Shown in pieces: positions 24,479 through 37,699 of a DNA stretch of 64,000 nucleotides. This DNA comes from Octopus sinensis (lineage: Eukaryota). Position 1 is the stretch's first letter; each line of letters starts with the position of its first letter. The DNA is taken from assembly GCF_006345805.1 (NCBI RefSeq), contig NC_043006.1:43276001-43340000 (forward strand). Direction: 5' to 3'. Below the pieces are notes generated by a model, which saw only the letters and a program-made list of their open reading frames with translations, was not told where the DNA came from and did no database searches. A program made the position numbers and the translations under genes.

Positions 24479-25002
24479 ATATGTATATATATACACATAC
24501 ACACACACACACACGTGTATGTATGTATTAGCAAATGTGATTTGGAATTTGTATATGCTGTTTTTAACCTTTGACCTCAGATGAAATCTCAATTGCTCTT
24601 TCTCTTATTTTCATTATGGAAACTCTTCTCTCCTCCAATCTCCTCCTCCCTTCTGATTGGTCAGTGACATTGACCTAAGTTTTAATTTATTGGCCGACAC
24701 TGATCTTGAAAGGTTGTAAAGGTCATGGGGCCTGCAACAAGGTCATTATCAAGTCAATAAAACAGTATTAGAATCTCCACCATCACCACCACTATGTTCA
24801 GCTTTATCTGTTTACCATTGTATAGGAAGGAAGAGATGGAATTGCAGGATGTCCGTGGAGAGCAATGATATATGTACTGCAGATTTATTTATTTATGTTT
24901 TACTTTTTTGGGTGTTTTTTTTAACCAATACAGCTCAGCAAACCTCACATGTTGGACAATCATTGTTATTTGCTTGTCTTCCAAAACCTGGTATCCATCT
25001 CC

Positions 25003-25048
<46 letters not shown>

Positions 25049-25232
25049 CCCCCCTCTCTCTCTCTTTCTCCCTCTTTCCATTTGTTTTGCAATCCCAAAT
25101 TATTCTCCTTTCTGTCCCTTCTCCTTTCCACTTGTTTACTCTTTCACCCTAATCTTATTTATTTCCCTTTACCTCTCTCTTTATGCCAAAGTTTCTCTCT
25201 CTGTCTCTCTCTCTCGATATATATATATATAT

Positions 25233-25316
<84 letters not shown>

Positions 25317-26318
25317 GTGTATATGCATATACATGTATAGATATATATTCATATATGTACACATATATATATATACACATATATATACATATATATATAT
25401 ATAATATATATATATGCATATATATGTGTATGTGTGTATAATATTCGTGTATATAAGTGTGAACATCATGATCATCATCATGATTGATATTTAATGCCCA
25501 AGTTCCATACTGGCATGTCTATGTAAGTATGTATGTATGTATGTATGTATGTCCATGCATATAATTTAGCATTTCCCTCTTGTTTATTATTTGGCATTGA
25601 CACCAAATCTCATTGTCCAATTCTTGTTCATCAGTATTATTCTTTAGTCATCTGTTTGTCAGTCTCCCTCTAACATCTTTCTTAGTCATTCTTAAAATGG
25701 GTAGTTTCTTGCAATTTCCCTTCCCACTCCCCCACATCTCTTCACTTCTCTCTTTCTCTCATCCCTATACATTTACAGAGAGGGATCAAACTATATACAT
25801 ATGTACATATATATAGGGAGAGAGAGAGAGAAAGAGAGAGAGAAAGAGAGGGAGAGAGATAAATAGACGGACGGACGGACGGACGGACGGACGGACAGAC
25901 AGACAGATAGATAAATAGATAAATGGATGGATGGATGTGTGGATATGAGGATGGATGGACAGACAGACAGCCAGACAGGCAGACAGATAGATAAACAGAG
26001 ACATACATACACACATACATACATACACACATACTTACACACATACATACATACATACATACATATATACATACATACATACACACACATACGTACATAC
26101 ATATACACACACATACATACATACATACATACATACATACATACATAAACACATACATACATACACACACACATACATACATACATACATACAGACAGAC
26201 AGACAGACAGACAGACATAGTTTACAATCTCTTTTCTCCCATCAGCTTCTATCAACTTCACTAATCTCTCCTCTATTCATATTTCTTTTTCACTATTTAC
26301 TGCACATCTTCCCCCCTT

Positions 26319-26353
<35 letters not shown>

Positions 26354-26904
26354 CGTATTGCCTTTCAACAATTCCCTTTTCTCATTTTCCCTAACTTCTT
26401 CCTCCCTATTTTTATTTTCCTTCCATATGCTCCCATCTTTCTCCTTCGCTCGGATCAGGCCAAAAGTTATTATCATCAGAGTAAATATTCATTTCCAAGT
26501 TGAGTAATACAGTCTAAAAATTTTACATGGTCCCATCGGTATACACTCACCCTACATATATATACATACACACTTACACACATACTCACACATTTATATA
26601 TACACACACACCAACTTATATACATGTACACCCATATATATATATATATATATATTCACATAATATGTAATACAATATATATATAAAATTATATATATAT
26701 ATATATATGATAGAATATATATATACATACATACATACATATACATATATAGATAGATAGATGAGAGAGAGAGAGAGAAAGGTGTTATTCCTCATGGTAG
26801 ATATACATCTAAGTGTGTTATGTGTATATGTGTATGTACATAATATATATATATATATATTATATGCATGTATCTCTCTCTCTCTTTCTCTGTATGTATA
26901 TATA

Positions 26905-26939
<35 letters not shown>

Positions 26940-27066
26940 CATATATACATACAAGTATATATATATATATATATACATGCATATATATATATGCATGTAT
27001 ATATGAATATATATATGCTTGTATATGTAATATATATATATATATGTATATATGGATATATGTATA

Positions 27067-27119
<53 letters not shown>

Positions 27120-27469
27120 TGTATGTATGTATATATGTATATACATATGTATATATATATATATACTGCACATAAACATAGTGATACCCCAAGGAATAAA
27201 CTTCCCTCACTCACTCTCTCTCTGTCTCTGTCTCTCTCTCTCTCCTTCTTCATCTCATATTTGCGTATATGCATGCAAGAGACTCTACAAGCATGTATGT
27301 GTGTGTGTATGTATGAAGTAGCAGGGGTGTTAGAATATTCTTTAATTGTTCATTATTAATTCTGTATTGATCACGTTGTGACATAAAGATGAATGTTTTT
27401 GCTTCTTGTTTCCTTGGCAACAAATCTTTGCAACAGGAATTGCTTAAGAGCAACACCACTGAGAGTACC

Positions 27470-28080
27470 ACTGCCACCAACACCACTGCCGCCATCACCG
27501 ACAACACCAACACCAACACCAATACCACCACCAACACCACTAGCAATACCACTGCCAAAACCTCCAACACCACTCCAAAAGCACCACCCCAACAACACCA
27601 CAACCACCTCCAACAACACCACTCCAACACCACCATCAACACCTTGAGCACCACCCCCACCACTACCATCAATACTAACGCCAACATGACCACCACCACT
27701 ACCACCACCAACACTATCATCACCACCAACATCATGACTACCATCATCACCACCAACACCACCAACACATTCACCATCAAAACTAACACCAATATGACCA
27801 CCACCACCACTATCACCAACATTTTCATCACCACCAACATTATCATCACCACCATCACCACAACACCACCATCAATACTAACAACAATATGACCACCACC
27901 ACTATCACCAACATTATCACCACCAACGCCACAACACCACCACCACCATCAAAAGTAACACAATCACCAACACCACCACTACCACCAACATCAACACCAC
28001 CACTACCACCACCATCACCATCACCAACGCCACCACCACCAGCCACACCACACACCACCACCACCACCACCACCATCACC
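27470..28080. repeat. Degenerate (CAC/CAT/CAA)n trinucleotide block
   Basis: Directly visible low-complexity tract. Confidence 0.9.
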
Positions 28081-28650
28081 TTCTTCTACAACAATTGACA
28101 AATACAAATGCTTAAAGTAAATACTTAGTGAATGCTGGGATGTGATTCTGGTCGGAAACAGAAGGAAGATCTAATGTTATATCCACAATAAAATGTTTCC
28201 CTCCCGTTAATATCTTTGTTGTTGTTGCTGTTGTTGTTACTGATGCCATAGCTGCCCCCCACCCCCACCTTTTATTTTTTCATGGTTTTCATCTTTGTTT
28301 TCTCTATTGTTTTTTTTTATCAATGCAAGAGCTGCACACACACACACACATATATGTATAAATAAATGAATATATATATATATATAAACATATAAATATA
28401 TATACATAAACACATGTTTATATGTATGTATGTATATATATATACACACATATATATACACACGTATATATATACATATATATATATATATATAAACGGT
28501 GTGTATGTATATGTATTTATATATATGTATATGTATATATAAGATATATATATATATTATATATATATACTATACATATATATATAGTATGTATATATGG
28601 ATATATGTTATGTATATATAATTATATAGATATAGATATAGATATTATAT

Positions 28651-28682
<32 letters not shown>

Positions 28683-29260
28683 TATATATGTAGGTATATA
28701 ATGTATATAGGTATGTAGTATTATATTATATATATATATATATATATAATATAATATATATACACATATATATATATGTATGTATAATGTGTATATATAT
28801 ATATGTGTATATGGATATATATATATATATATATATACATAATATATATATATGTATATATGTATATATATATGTATATATATATGTATATATATATGTG
28901 TATGTATGTATATATGTTTATATGTGTATATGTATGTACATATATGTGTATATATATATATACTATAAATATTTTATATACATATATCTATCTATCTATC
29001 TATATATATATATATATATACATACACACACACACATGTATGTATATAGTTGATGGTGATGTTGTTAATGGTGTTGCCGTATACATATACGTCCATGTTG
29101 TCATCAATATGGTTCGTGTTTGTTTTATTGCACAGCCATTGTGATTGTTATTGTTACTGTGAAATTTTTTTTTTTATTTTTTGGTGGTGAGCTGGTGGCG
29201 GTGGGGAGGGGAAGGGCAGTTGGTGGTGAGGGCTTGTTCTCATCGGTGATCTTAATGAAG

Positions 29261-29293
<33 letters not shown>

Positions 29294-29569
29294 GGTTGTG
29301 GTGTCGGTGGTGGTGAAGGCATTACTGATGATTTCGCTGTTGTTGTCAAAAACATCATTGGTTTTTATCAATCAATCCATCCTTGCAGTGTCTTCTTCCG
29401 AACGAACGAATGAACAGATCAATCCATTCAGACTGGAGAGAGAGAGAGAGAGAGGGAGGAAAGAGAGAGAGAGAAAGAGAAAGAAAAATAGGGTTCGCCT
29501 CCCCCCCCCCCGCATTAACGGAGTTGTGGGGGAGGACAACTGTTTGTGCTATTGTATAAATAATACACA

Positions 29570-30135
29570 AAGTGTTGATGATGATGATGGTATTGATGGT
29601 ATTGATGGTGGTGGTGGTGGTGGTGGTGGTGGTGTGAGTAGTAATAGTAATAGGTGCTTGTAGGATGAGTATTGGTGGTGGTGGTGATGATCATGGTATT
29701 GATTGTGGTGGGGATGCTGATTGTTATCATCATCGTCATCATCATCTTTGTCATCATCGTTTTGTCAGCATCCGGGTGGTATTGATGGTGGTGGTAGGTC
29801 ATGGTGGTGGTTGTCATCATCATCATCATCATCATCATTGTTTCGTCATCATCGGAGTGGCATTGGTGGTGGTTATGGTGATGGGTGGTGGTAGTGTTGG
29901 TGGTGGTGGTGTTGGTGGTGGTGCTGCTGCTGGTGCTGGTGGTTGTCACCATCATCATCATTATTGTCATCATTGTCATCATTGTTTCATCATCATCAGG
30001 GTGGTACTGGTGGTGGTGAGATGGTCGTGATGATGGCGGTAGTGAAGGTTGGTCATCGGCGCCATCGGCACCATTGTCATAATCATCATCACCATCATCA
30101 CCATCATTTTCATCATCATTATAGTGGTGGTGGTC
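29570..30135. repeat. Degenerate (GGT/GAT/CAT)n trinucleotide block
   Basis: Directly visible low-complexity tract. Confidence 0.9.
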
Positions 30136-30399
30136 ATGGCGAATCTGTCAGTAGCAGTGATAAATTATTTTGGGTAAAGTATAGTGCTATTGTAGCTGTT
30201 GTTGATGTCATAGTTATTTAGCCTCCACCCCACCTAAGTCAAATCTGATTGAGCAAACCCATGATCAAACTCATTCCAACCACGACCATCCCATGTTTTT
30301 TTTTTCCCAGTTTGTGCATGGAACCCAAGCTCACATAATCATATGAGTTCTTCTTTAAAATGATAGTATGTAATCCAAGGGAGATTTGGCTGCTATTTT

Positions 30400-30985
30400 A
30401 CCACCCTGCCATTGTTACCACTACCACCACCATTATCACAACCACTGGCATTACAACCATCATTATATTGACTAGTAGTACTACCACTTTTGCCACCTTA
30501 CCACTGTTATACTACAACCAATACCACCAACACCATATTTATTACTGCCACCACCATTAACACAGCCAATGGTATTACCATCTCCACCACAATACCATCG
30601 TCATTATCATCACTATTATCACTACCATAACTACCACTACTACTACCATTAACACACCACCACCACCACCACCACCACTACTACCACCGCTGCCATCAAC
30701 ACACCACCACCACTACCTCCACCACTGCCATCAATGCACCATCACCACTACCACCATGATCACCACCACCACCACTACTGCCATCAACACCACTACCACC
30801 AATACCATCAACACCACCACTACCACCACCAACAGTACCACCACCAATGCCACTACCACCCCAACAATAACACCATTACCACCACCAACACTACCAACGC
30901 CAAACAACACCACCACCATTACCACCAACACCCATCGTCACCACCATCACCATTATCGCTGCTACTGCCACTGCCACTGCCACTA
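30400..30985. repeat. Degenerate (CAC/CAT/TAC)n trinucleotide block
   Basis: Directly visible low-complexity tract. Confidence 0.9.
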
Positions 30986-31098
30986 TTAGTCAGCTCTGCC
31001 TGAGCAATCAATCTCAGAGAACTCGTAGACCAGAGGTAGTCCAGTCATAGTTATGAGTAACATCCCAATGTGTACATTAACATCCCGCACAGACACAC

Positions 31099-31157
<59 letters not shown>

Positions 31158-31475
31158 TATATATGTATGTATACATATATATATGTATGTATTTCTCCAT
31201 AATATATCAAAGCCTTCAGACTGGAATCTTTTGCTGCATTTTCATTCCATCATGCACTGAATGACTGAACGGCGGAGAAAGATTTACAAGTCTTGGCATG
31301 TTTAATCTGTTCTGTTGTGTGCTCCATTCATTTGCACTTGAAGGCTTCAATGATGACCATACAATGAGGCATCCTCCGCACATCAACGCAATTGATATCG
31401 GAGCTATTTCAGACTGCTCTTGGCTGTCTGTTTGTCTGATCAGATGAGACCGTTATATATATTTATTTATTTACC

Positions 31476-31885
31476 CTTACTCTTTTACTTGTTTAAGTCA
31501 TTTGACTGCGGCCATGCTGGAGCACCGCCTTTAGTCGAACAAATCGCACCCCACCAGGACTTATTCTTTGTAAGCCTGGTATTTATTTCATTGGTCTCTT
31601 TTGCTGAATTGCTAAGTTACAGGGACGTAAACACACCAGCATCAATTGTCAAGCGAAGCTGGGGGACAAACACAGACACACAAATATACACACACAAACA
31701 CATGCATATATATATATATATATATATATACAATGGGCTTCTTTCAGTTTCCGTCTACCAAATCCACTCACAAGGCTTTGATTGGCCCAAGGCTATAGTA
31801 GAAGATACTTGCCCAAGGTGCCATGCAGTGGGACTGAACCCAGAACCATGTGCTTGGTAAGCAAGCTACTTACCACACAACCACT
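31476..31885 (-). mobile_element. SINE family A, full length
   Basis: Same consensus as other copies. Confidence 0.9.
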
Positions 31886-31910
31886 TTTAATTTATATATT
31901 TTTTTTATCA

Positions 31911-32101
31911 TTCTTTTACTTGTTTCAGTCATTTGACTGTGGCCATGCTGGAGCACCACCTTTAGTCGAACAAATCGCCCCCCCCCACCGGACTTATTCT
32001 TTGTAAGCCTGGTATTTATTCTGTTGGTTTCTTTTGCTGAACCGCTAAGTTGTCAAGCAATGTGGACAAACAAACACACACAAACACATACATACATTTA
32101 T

Positions 32102-32137
<36 letters not shown>

Positions 32138-32297
32138 GATGGGCTTCTTTCAGTTTCTGTCCACCAAATCCATTCACAAGGCTTTGGTTTGCCCGAGACT
32201 ATAGTAGAAAACACTTGCCCAAGGTGCCACGCAGTGGGAGTGAACCCGGAACCATGTGGTTGGTAAGCAAGCTACTAACCACACAGCCACTCCTGCA
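31911..32297 (-). mobile_element. SINE family A with internal deletion, adjacent to previous copy
   Basis: Same consensus; lacks the GGACGTAAACACACCAGCATC segment. Confidence 0.9.
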
Positions 32298-32861
32298 CCT
32301 ATATATATATACATACATATATATATATATATATAATATATATATATATATATGTATGTATATATAATTATATGTAATTGAAAGATTCAAGGATCCAGGT
32401 GTAGGAAGTTAGTAAGCTTCAAGCTGTAGGTGCTCGGCTTGATGGTCTTCTTCTCAAGCATGACATAATGCCAAAAGACTTGGTCATTGCTTCCGTAAGG
32501 CCCAACACTCAAAAGGAACTCAGCCACTTTGCCTCTGTTAGGCCCAACATTCAAAAGATATTCTTTACATGCCACCAGCATGAGTGCACTTGGCTTGATG
32601 GGTCCTCTCAATCTCAGCACATCACCAACGGTCTCAGTCACCAATCATTGCCTCTGTGAGGCTTAAAGTTTGAAGATCATGTTTCACCAGCTCATCCCAT
32701 GTCTTCCTGGGTCTACCTCTACTGCAGACAGTATAGATAAAATAATATAATATGTTAAATATATTATGATATATGTAGCCCCTTAGCAATTAAACCTTAA
32801 GGCAAGAAGATAAATGCATTTTACCCTTTTGAGACAAAGTCACAAATAAGGCAACAGATAT

Positions 32862-32915
32862 ATCCATATCACATGATTTCAAACTCTGAATTTATCTTAG
32901 TTCTCATCAGTGGAT
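32862..32915 (-). ncRNA. Type I hammerhead ribozyme with complete catalytic core
   Basis: Minus strand ATCCA-CTGATGA-GAACT[13 nt]AGTTT-GAAA-TCA-TG-TGA-TA-TGGAT: stem I 5 bp, stem II 5 bp (G.U at 10.1-11.1), stem III 4 bp, all core nucleotides present, AUA triplet. Confidence 0.75.
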
Positions 32916-33159
32916 CTTACTAGCCTGGAGTTAAAAGGGGTATCTCACCTCATCATACCCACGAGAAAACTGTTGAGTAGCATGTGCTAAATTCAAATTT
33001 GGTAGGAGTGTATAGTATAAATAATATAATATAATATATGAAATATATTCATGGTTTTGGGTTCAGTTCCACCACGTGGCACTTTGGGCAAGTTTCTTCT
33101 GCTATAGCCCCGGGCTGACCGAAGCTCTGGGATTGAATTTGTTAGGCAGAAGTTACTGC

Positions 33160-33375
33160 CATGGCGGCGAGCTGGCAAAAATTCTAGCAGTATTTCATCT
33201 GCCTTTATGTTCTGAGTTCAAATTCCGCCGAGGTTGACTTTGCCTTTCATCCTTTCGAGGTCGATGAAATAAGTACCAGTTACACACTGGGGTCGATGTA
33301 ATTGACTCAATCCCTTTGTCTGTCCTTGTTTGCCCCATCTGTTTAGCCCCTTGTGGGCAATAAAGAAATAAGAAG
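33160..33375 (+). mobile_element. SINE family B, tail variant ending CCCCTTGTGGGCAATAAAGAAATAAG
   Basis: GGCGGCGAGCTGGCA head, GAGTTCAAATTCC B-box-like motif, GCCTTTCATCCTTTCGAGGTCGA central domain. Confidence 0.85.
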
Positions 33376-34182
33376 TTACTGCCATGTGTTTATATGTGTG
33401 TGTAGGTGCTTGTGCCTCTCTGAGAGAGAGAGAGATACATGGCCCATTAGCAATTAAACTGAGAGGCAAATTAATAAAGGTGCCAAGTAGTACCAGCATT
33501 GCTAGAAATAGGAGTCAAAGCAACGACTCAAAAAGCCGCAAACACACTATCTCAGGAGCTGAACAAAAGAGGGGAAGTGAGAGGAAAAACGTACCTTATC
33601 TGCTGAGACATACATATACAGACATATAAACTGTTAATGGAAAATGTATAAAAATGCTTAAAGATACAAATAATTAACTGTAACTTAGAAACTAAGTATG
33701 GAAGTGACATGAATTATGGAAAACTATTTTATTTATTAGTTAATCATTTCATATTATAAAAAATCCATAGAGTAATATAATAAAATATTTAAAAGGATTT
33801 ATTTATATGAGTATTGTACACATGTCTCCATAATAGATATTTATGAAATAAATAATCATTTCATCAGCAATTGAAATTTTAATAACTGTTTAAAGTGAAG
33901 TAAAATATGATGTTCATTATTACAAGTCGAAGAATACAAACCATACATGGATATATAAATATATATATATATATATAACGTATGTGTACACACACGTATA
34001 TGCAAAGACATAGCTATACACATATGTGCACACATACATGCACATACTCATGTGTATGTATGTATATATATATATATATACACACACACATATATATGTA
34101 TATATTATATTATAATAATATAAAGAAAAGATGATATCAATAAAGTATAATATACATATGTATATATATATATATCATCATC

Positions 34183-36149
34183 ATCATCATCATTGTTTAA
34201 CGTCCGTTCTCCATGCTAGCATGGGTTGGCCGGTTTGACCGGGGATCTGGTAAGCCAGAAGGCTGCACCAGGCTCCAGTCTTATCTGGCAATGTTTCTAC
34301 AGCTGGATGCCCTTCCTAACGCCAACCACTCCATGAGTGTAGTGGGTGCTTTTTACATGCCACCCGCACAGGTGCCATCGAGGCTGGCAACAGCCATGGT
34401 CGGATTGGTGCATTTTACGGGCCACCGGCACGGAAGCCAGTCGAGGCGGCACTGGCTTCGGCCACGATTCGGATGGTGCTTTTTACGTGCCACCAGCACG
34501 GAAGCCAGTCAATGTGGCGCTGGCATCGGCCACAATTCAGATAGTGCTTTTTACGTAGCACCAGTCCAGGGGTCCTGGCATCTGCCGGGTGCCAGTCATA
34601 GGATTGGTTCAATTTCGATTCCGATTTCGATTTCGATTTCACTTGCCCCAACAGGTCTTCTCAAGCAAAGGGGAGTTGGCATGGATGCCTGTCGTCGGAT
34701 GAGGTACGATATCGACTTCGCTTGCCTCAACAGGTCTTTGTGTGTCCAAGGGAGGAAAGGCATGCATAAGTGGGCTGGACTCACTTGTCCTGTCTGGTCT
34801 TCTCACGTACAGCATATTTCCAAAGGTCTCGGTCGCTGGTCATTTCCTCAGTGAGGCCTAAAGTTCAAAGGTCGTGCTTCACCACCTCATCCCAGGTTTT
34901 CCACGGGTTCCCTCAACTGCTAGGGATTGGCACTTTTTCACACACCTATCTTCATCCATTCTCTCCACATGACCATACCAGCGCAATCGTCTTTCTTGCA
35001 CACCACAACTGATGCTCCTTAGGTACAACATTTCTCTCAAGGTACTAACGCTCTGTTGAGTATGTACACTAACATTACACATCCATCGGAGCATACTGGC
35101 TTCATTCCTCGCGAGCTTATGCATGTCCTCAGCAGTCACGGCCCATGTTTCACTGCCATGTAGTATGGCTGTTCGTACACATGCATCATACAGTCTGCCT
35201 TTTACTCTGAGCGAGAGGCCTTTAGTCACCAGCAGAGGTAAGAGCTCCCTAAACTTTGCCCAGGCTATTCTTATTCTAGCAGTTACACTTTCAACGCACC
35301 CACCTCCACTACTGACTTGGTCACCTAGATAACAGAAGCTATCAACTACTTCTAGTTTTTCCCCCTGGAAAGTGACGGAAGTTGTTTTCTGCAGATTTTC
35401 AAAGGTTAATGTTCCCAAGCATCTGCCGCATACAAAAACTATCTTCCCAGTTAGCCTACCTTTGACATTGCTGCACCTCTTATGTGTCCATAGCTTACAC
35501 TGGGTACATCTTATAGAGTTTCTACCTACACCTTTTCTACAGATCGAGCAGGGCCATCTTCCTGAAGACATTTGTGGATTGTCTACCTTCCTACTTATTA
35601 GTACTTTGGTTTTAGCTAGGTTGACTCTAAGGCCCTTCGATTCTAAACCCTCCTTCCACACCTGGAACTTCTCCTCCAGTTCTGATAGTGACTCAGCAAT
35701 TAGAGCAAGGTCATCAGTATAGAGGAGCTCCCAGGGGCAACCTGTCTTGAATTCCTCCGTAATTGCCTGGAGGACTATGATATATAGGAGGGGGCTGAGT
35801 ACTGAACCCTGGTGGACCCCAACCTCTACTTTGAATTCTTCTGTGTACATGTTGCCAACTCTAACCTTACTTACGGCATCCCTGTACGTGGCTTGCACAG
35901 CCCTCACCAGCCATTCATCTATCCCTAGTTTCCTCATTGACCACCAGATAAGGGATCGGGGGACCATGTCAAAGGCTTTCTCCATGTCAACGAAAGCCAG
36001 GTACAGGGGCTTATCTTTGGCTAGGTATTTCTCCTGCGGCTGCCTTACCAGGAATATAGCATCAGTGGTACTTTTCCCTGGCACGAACCCAAACTGCATC
36101 TCATCTAAACTAACTCTCTCTCTAATTAGTTGGGCTATGACCCTCTCCG
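34183..36149 (-). mobile_element. 5'-truncated RTE-clade LINE: RT domain, ORF end, ~650-bp 3' UTR, (GAT)n tail, within (TA)n
   Basis: QFGFVPGKSTTDAIF, AFVDMEKAFD, GVHQGSVLSP, LLYTDDLAL and FCYLG RT motifs; frameshift near the C-terminus (true end ...EVVKHDL...WKYAVREKTRQDK*). Confidence 0.95.
35419..35550 (-). other. PHD-type C4HC3 zinc finger inserted within the LINE RT
   Basis: CSIC-x10-CTQC-x4-H-x2-C-x14-CGRC between the KTKVL and EVVDSFCYLG motifs. Confidence 0.8.
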
Positions 36150-36512
36150 TATATATATATATATATATATACATATATATATACACATATAGATAGATAG
36201 ATAAATAGATAGATAGATAGATAGATAGATAGATCATTTGAACAATCCAAGGACGAAAGTATTTGATACAGAAAAGTACACTGATGTAACAGTTTTTAGT
36301 TTGAAGTTAAAGTTTCACAAATTGGAACGCTTAGTTTCATGTTTCCAGTCTTCAGGCAATAATAGGAATATTTATTTCCAGAATAAATAATCATTAATAT
36401 AAACGAAAAAAATTTAAGCATAAGGAAACGCTTTTAATTGGTTGGAACAGTATTATACAAGGGTGTCCAGCATTCATGTTTTTGGCATTTTGAAATTTTT
36501 CAATAGAAATTT

Positions 36513-36851
36513 AGGCACAGGAGTGGCTGTGTGGTAAGTAGCTTGCTTACCAGCCACATGGTTCCGGGTCCAGTCCCAATGCATGGCACCTTGGGCTATA
36601 GCCTTGGGCTGACACAAAACCTTGTAAATGGATTTGGTAGACGGAAACTGAAAGAAGCCCATCATATATATGTATATATCCGTTTGTCAGACAGTTTTTG
36701 TTAACAAAAACTGTCCGACGAACGGGAATGTGAAACTCCGAGTAACAGGTTTTGTTGAATTTCTGCTGCTTTTAAATAAAGCATATTACTCTACCCCTGG
36801 TATTTGAGTACTCTTTTTTCCACCTTGTTTCACATTTATGTGTTTACTCCA

Positions 36852-36897
<46 letters not shown>

Positions 36898-37092
36898 TTG
36901 TGTGTGTGTGTGTGTATATGTATGTGTGTCTGTCTTTGTCCACCCAACATTGCTTGACAACCAATGGTGGTGTGTTTACGTACCCGTAACTTAGCGGTTT
37001 GGCAAAAGAGACCGATTGAATAAGTACTAGGCTTACAAAGAATAAGTCCTCAGTCGATTTGCCCAACAAGTAAAAGAGTAAAAGAGTAAAGA
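36513..37092 (+). mobile_element. SINE family A interrupted in its central microsatellite by a PLE-type terminal fragment (36681-36852)
   Basis: 5' half 36513-36670, 3' half about 36890-37092. Confidence 0.9.
36701..36759 (+). ncRNA. Minimal type I hammerhead ribozyme (U4C variant)
   Basis: Stem I 14 bp with one mismatch; CCGACGA-ACG GGAA TGT-GAAA-CTC C GAG-TA; GUA triplet (after 36744); AATAAA at 36775. Confidence 0.75.
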
Positions 37093-37230
37093 GTATGTAT
37101 GGAGACAGAAAAAATGTTTGCTGAGAATGAAAACAAATGATGATAGTTTTATAGAACAAAATATGAAACTTTTCAGACATGCAACGATTACAAAATTTAT
37201 AATTCTCTTTGTATCATTCAGTATATACTA

Positions 37231-37638
37231 TTCTTTTACTTGTTTCAGTCATTTGACTGCAGCCATGCAGGAGCGCCACCTTTTAGTTGAAGAAATCGCC
37301 CCCCAGGACTTATTCTTTGTAAGCCTGGTACTTATTCTATCAGACTCTTTTGCCAAACTGCTAAGTTATGTGGCTGTAAACGCACCTACATCGCTTGCCA
37401 AGCTATGGTTGGGTGACAAGCACAGGCACAAAGACACACACACATATATATGTATGTTTATGTATGTGTGTATTTATATATACGACAGGCTTCTTTCAGT
37501 TTCTGTCTACCAAATCCAATCACAAGGCTTTGGTCAGCCCGAGGCTATAGTAAAAGACACTTGACCCACAGTGCCATGCAGTGGGACTGAACACAGAACC
37601 ATGTGGTTGAGAAGCAAGCTTTTTACCATATTGTCATG
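37231..37638 (-). mobile_element. SINE family A, full length
   Basis: Same consensus; inverted relative to the copy at 36513. Confidence 0.9.
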
Positions 37639-37699
37639 CCTGCATATATACTATATACCTAATAATACAAAGAGAATATGTACACATATATTGTGCTAG

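Noticed and set aside
24825-24848. GRKRWNC resembling the Wnt RRWNC motif
   Set aside because: Lacks the preceding CQxQF and the downstream Wnt residues.
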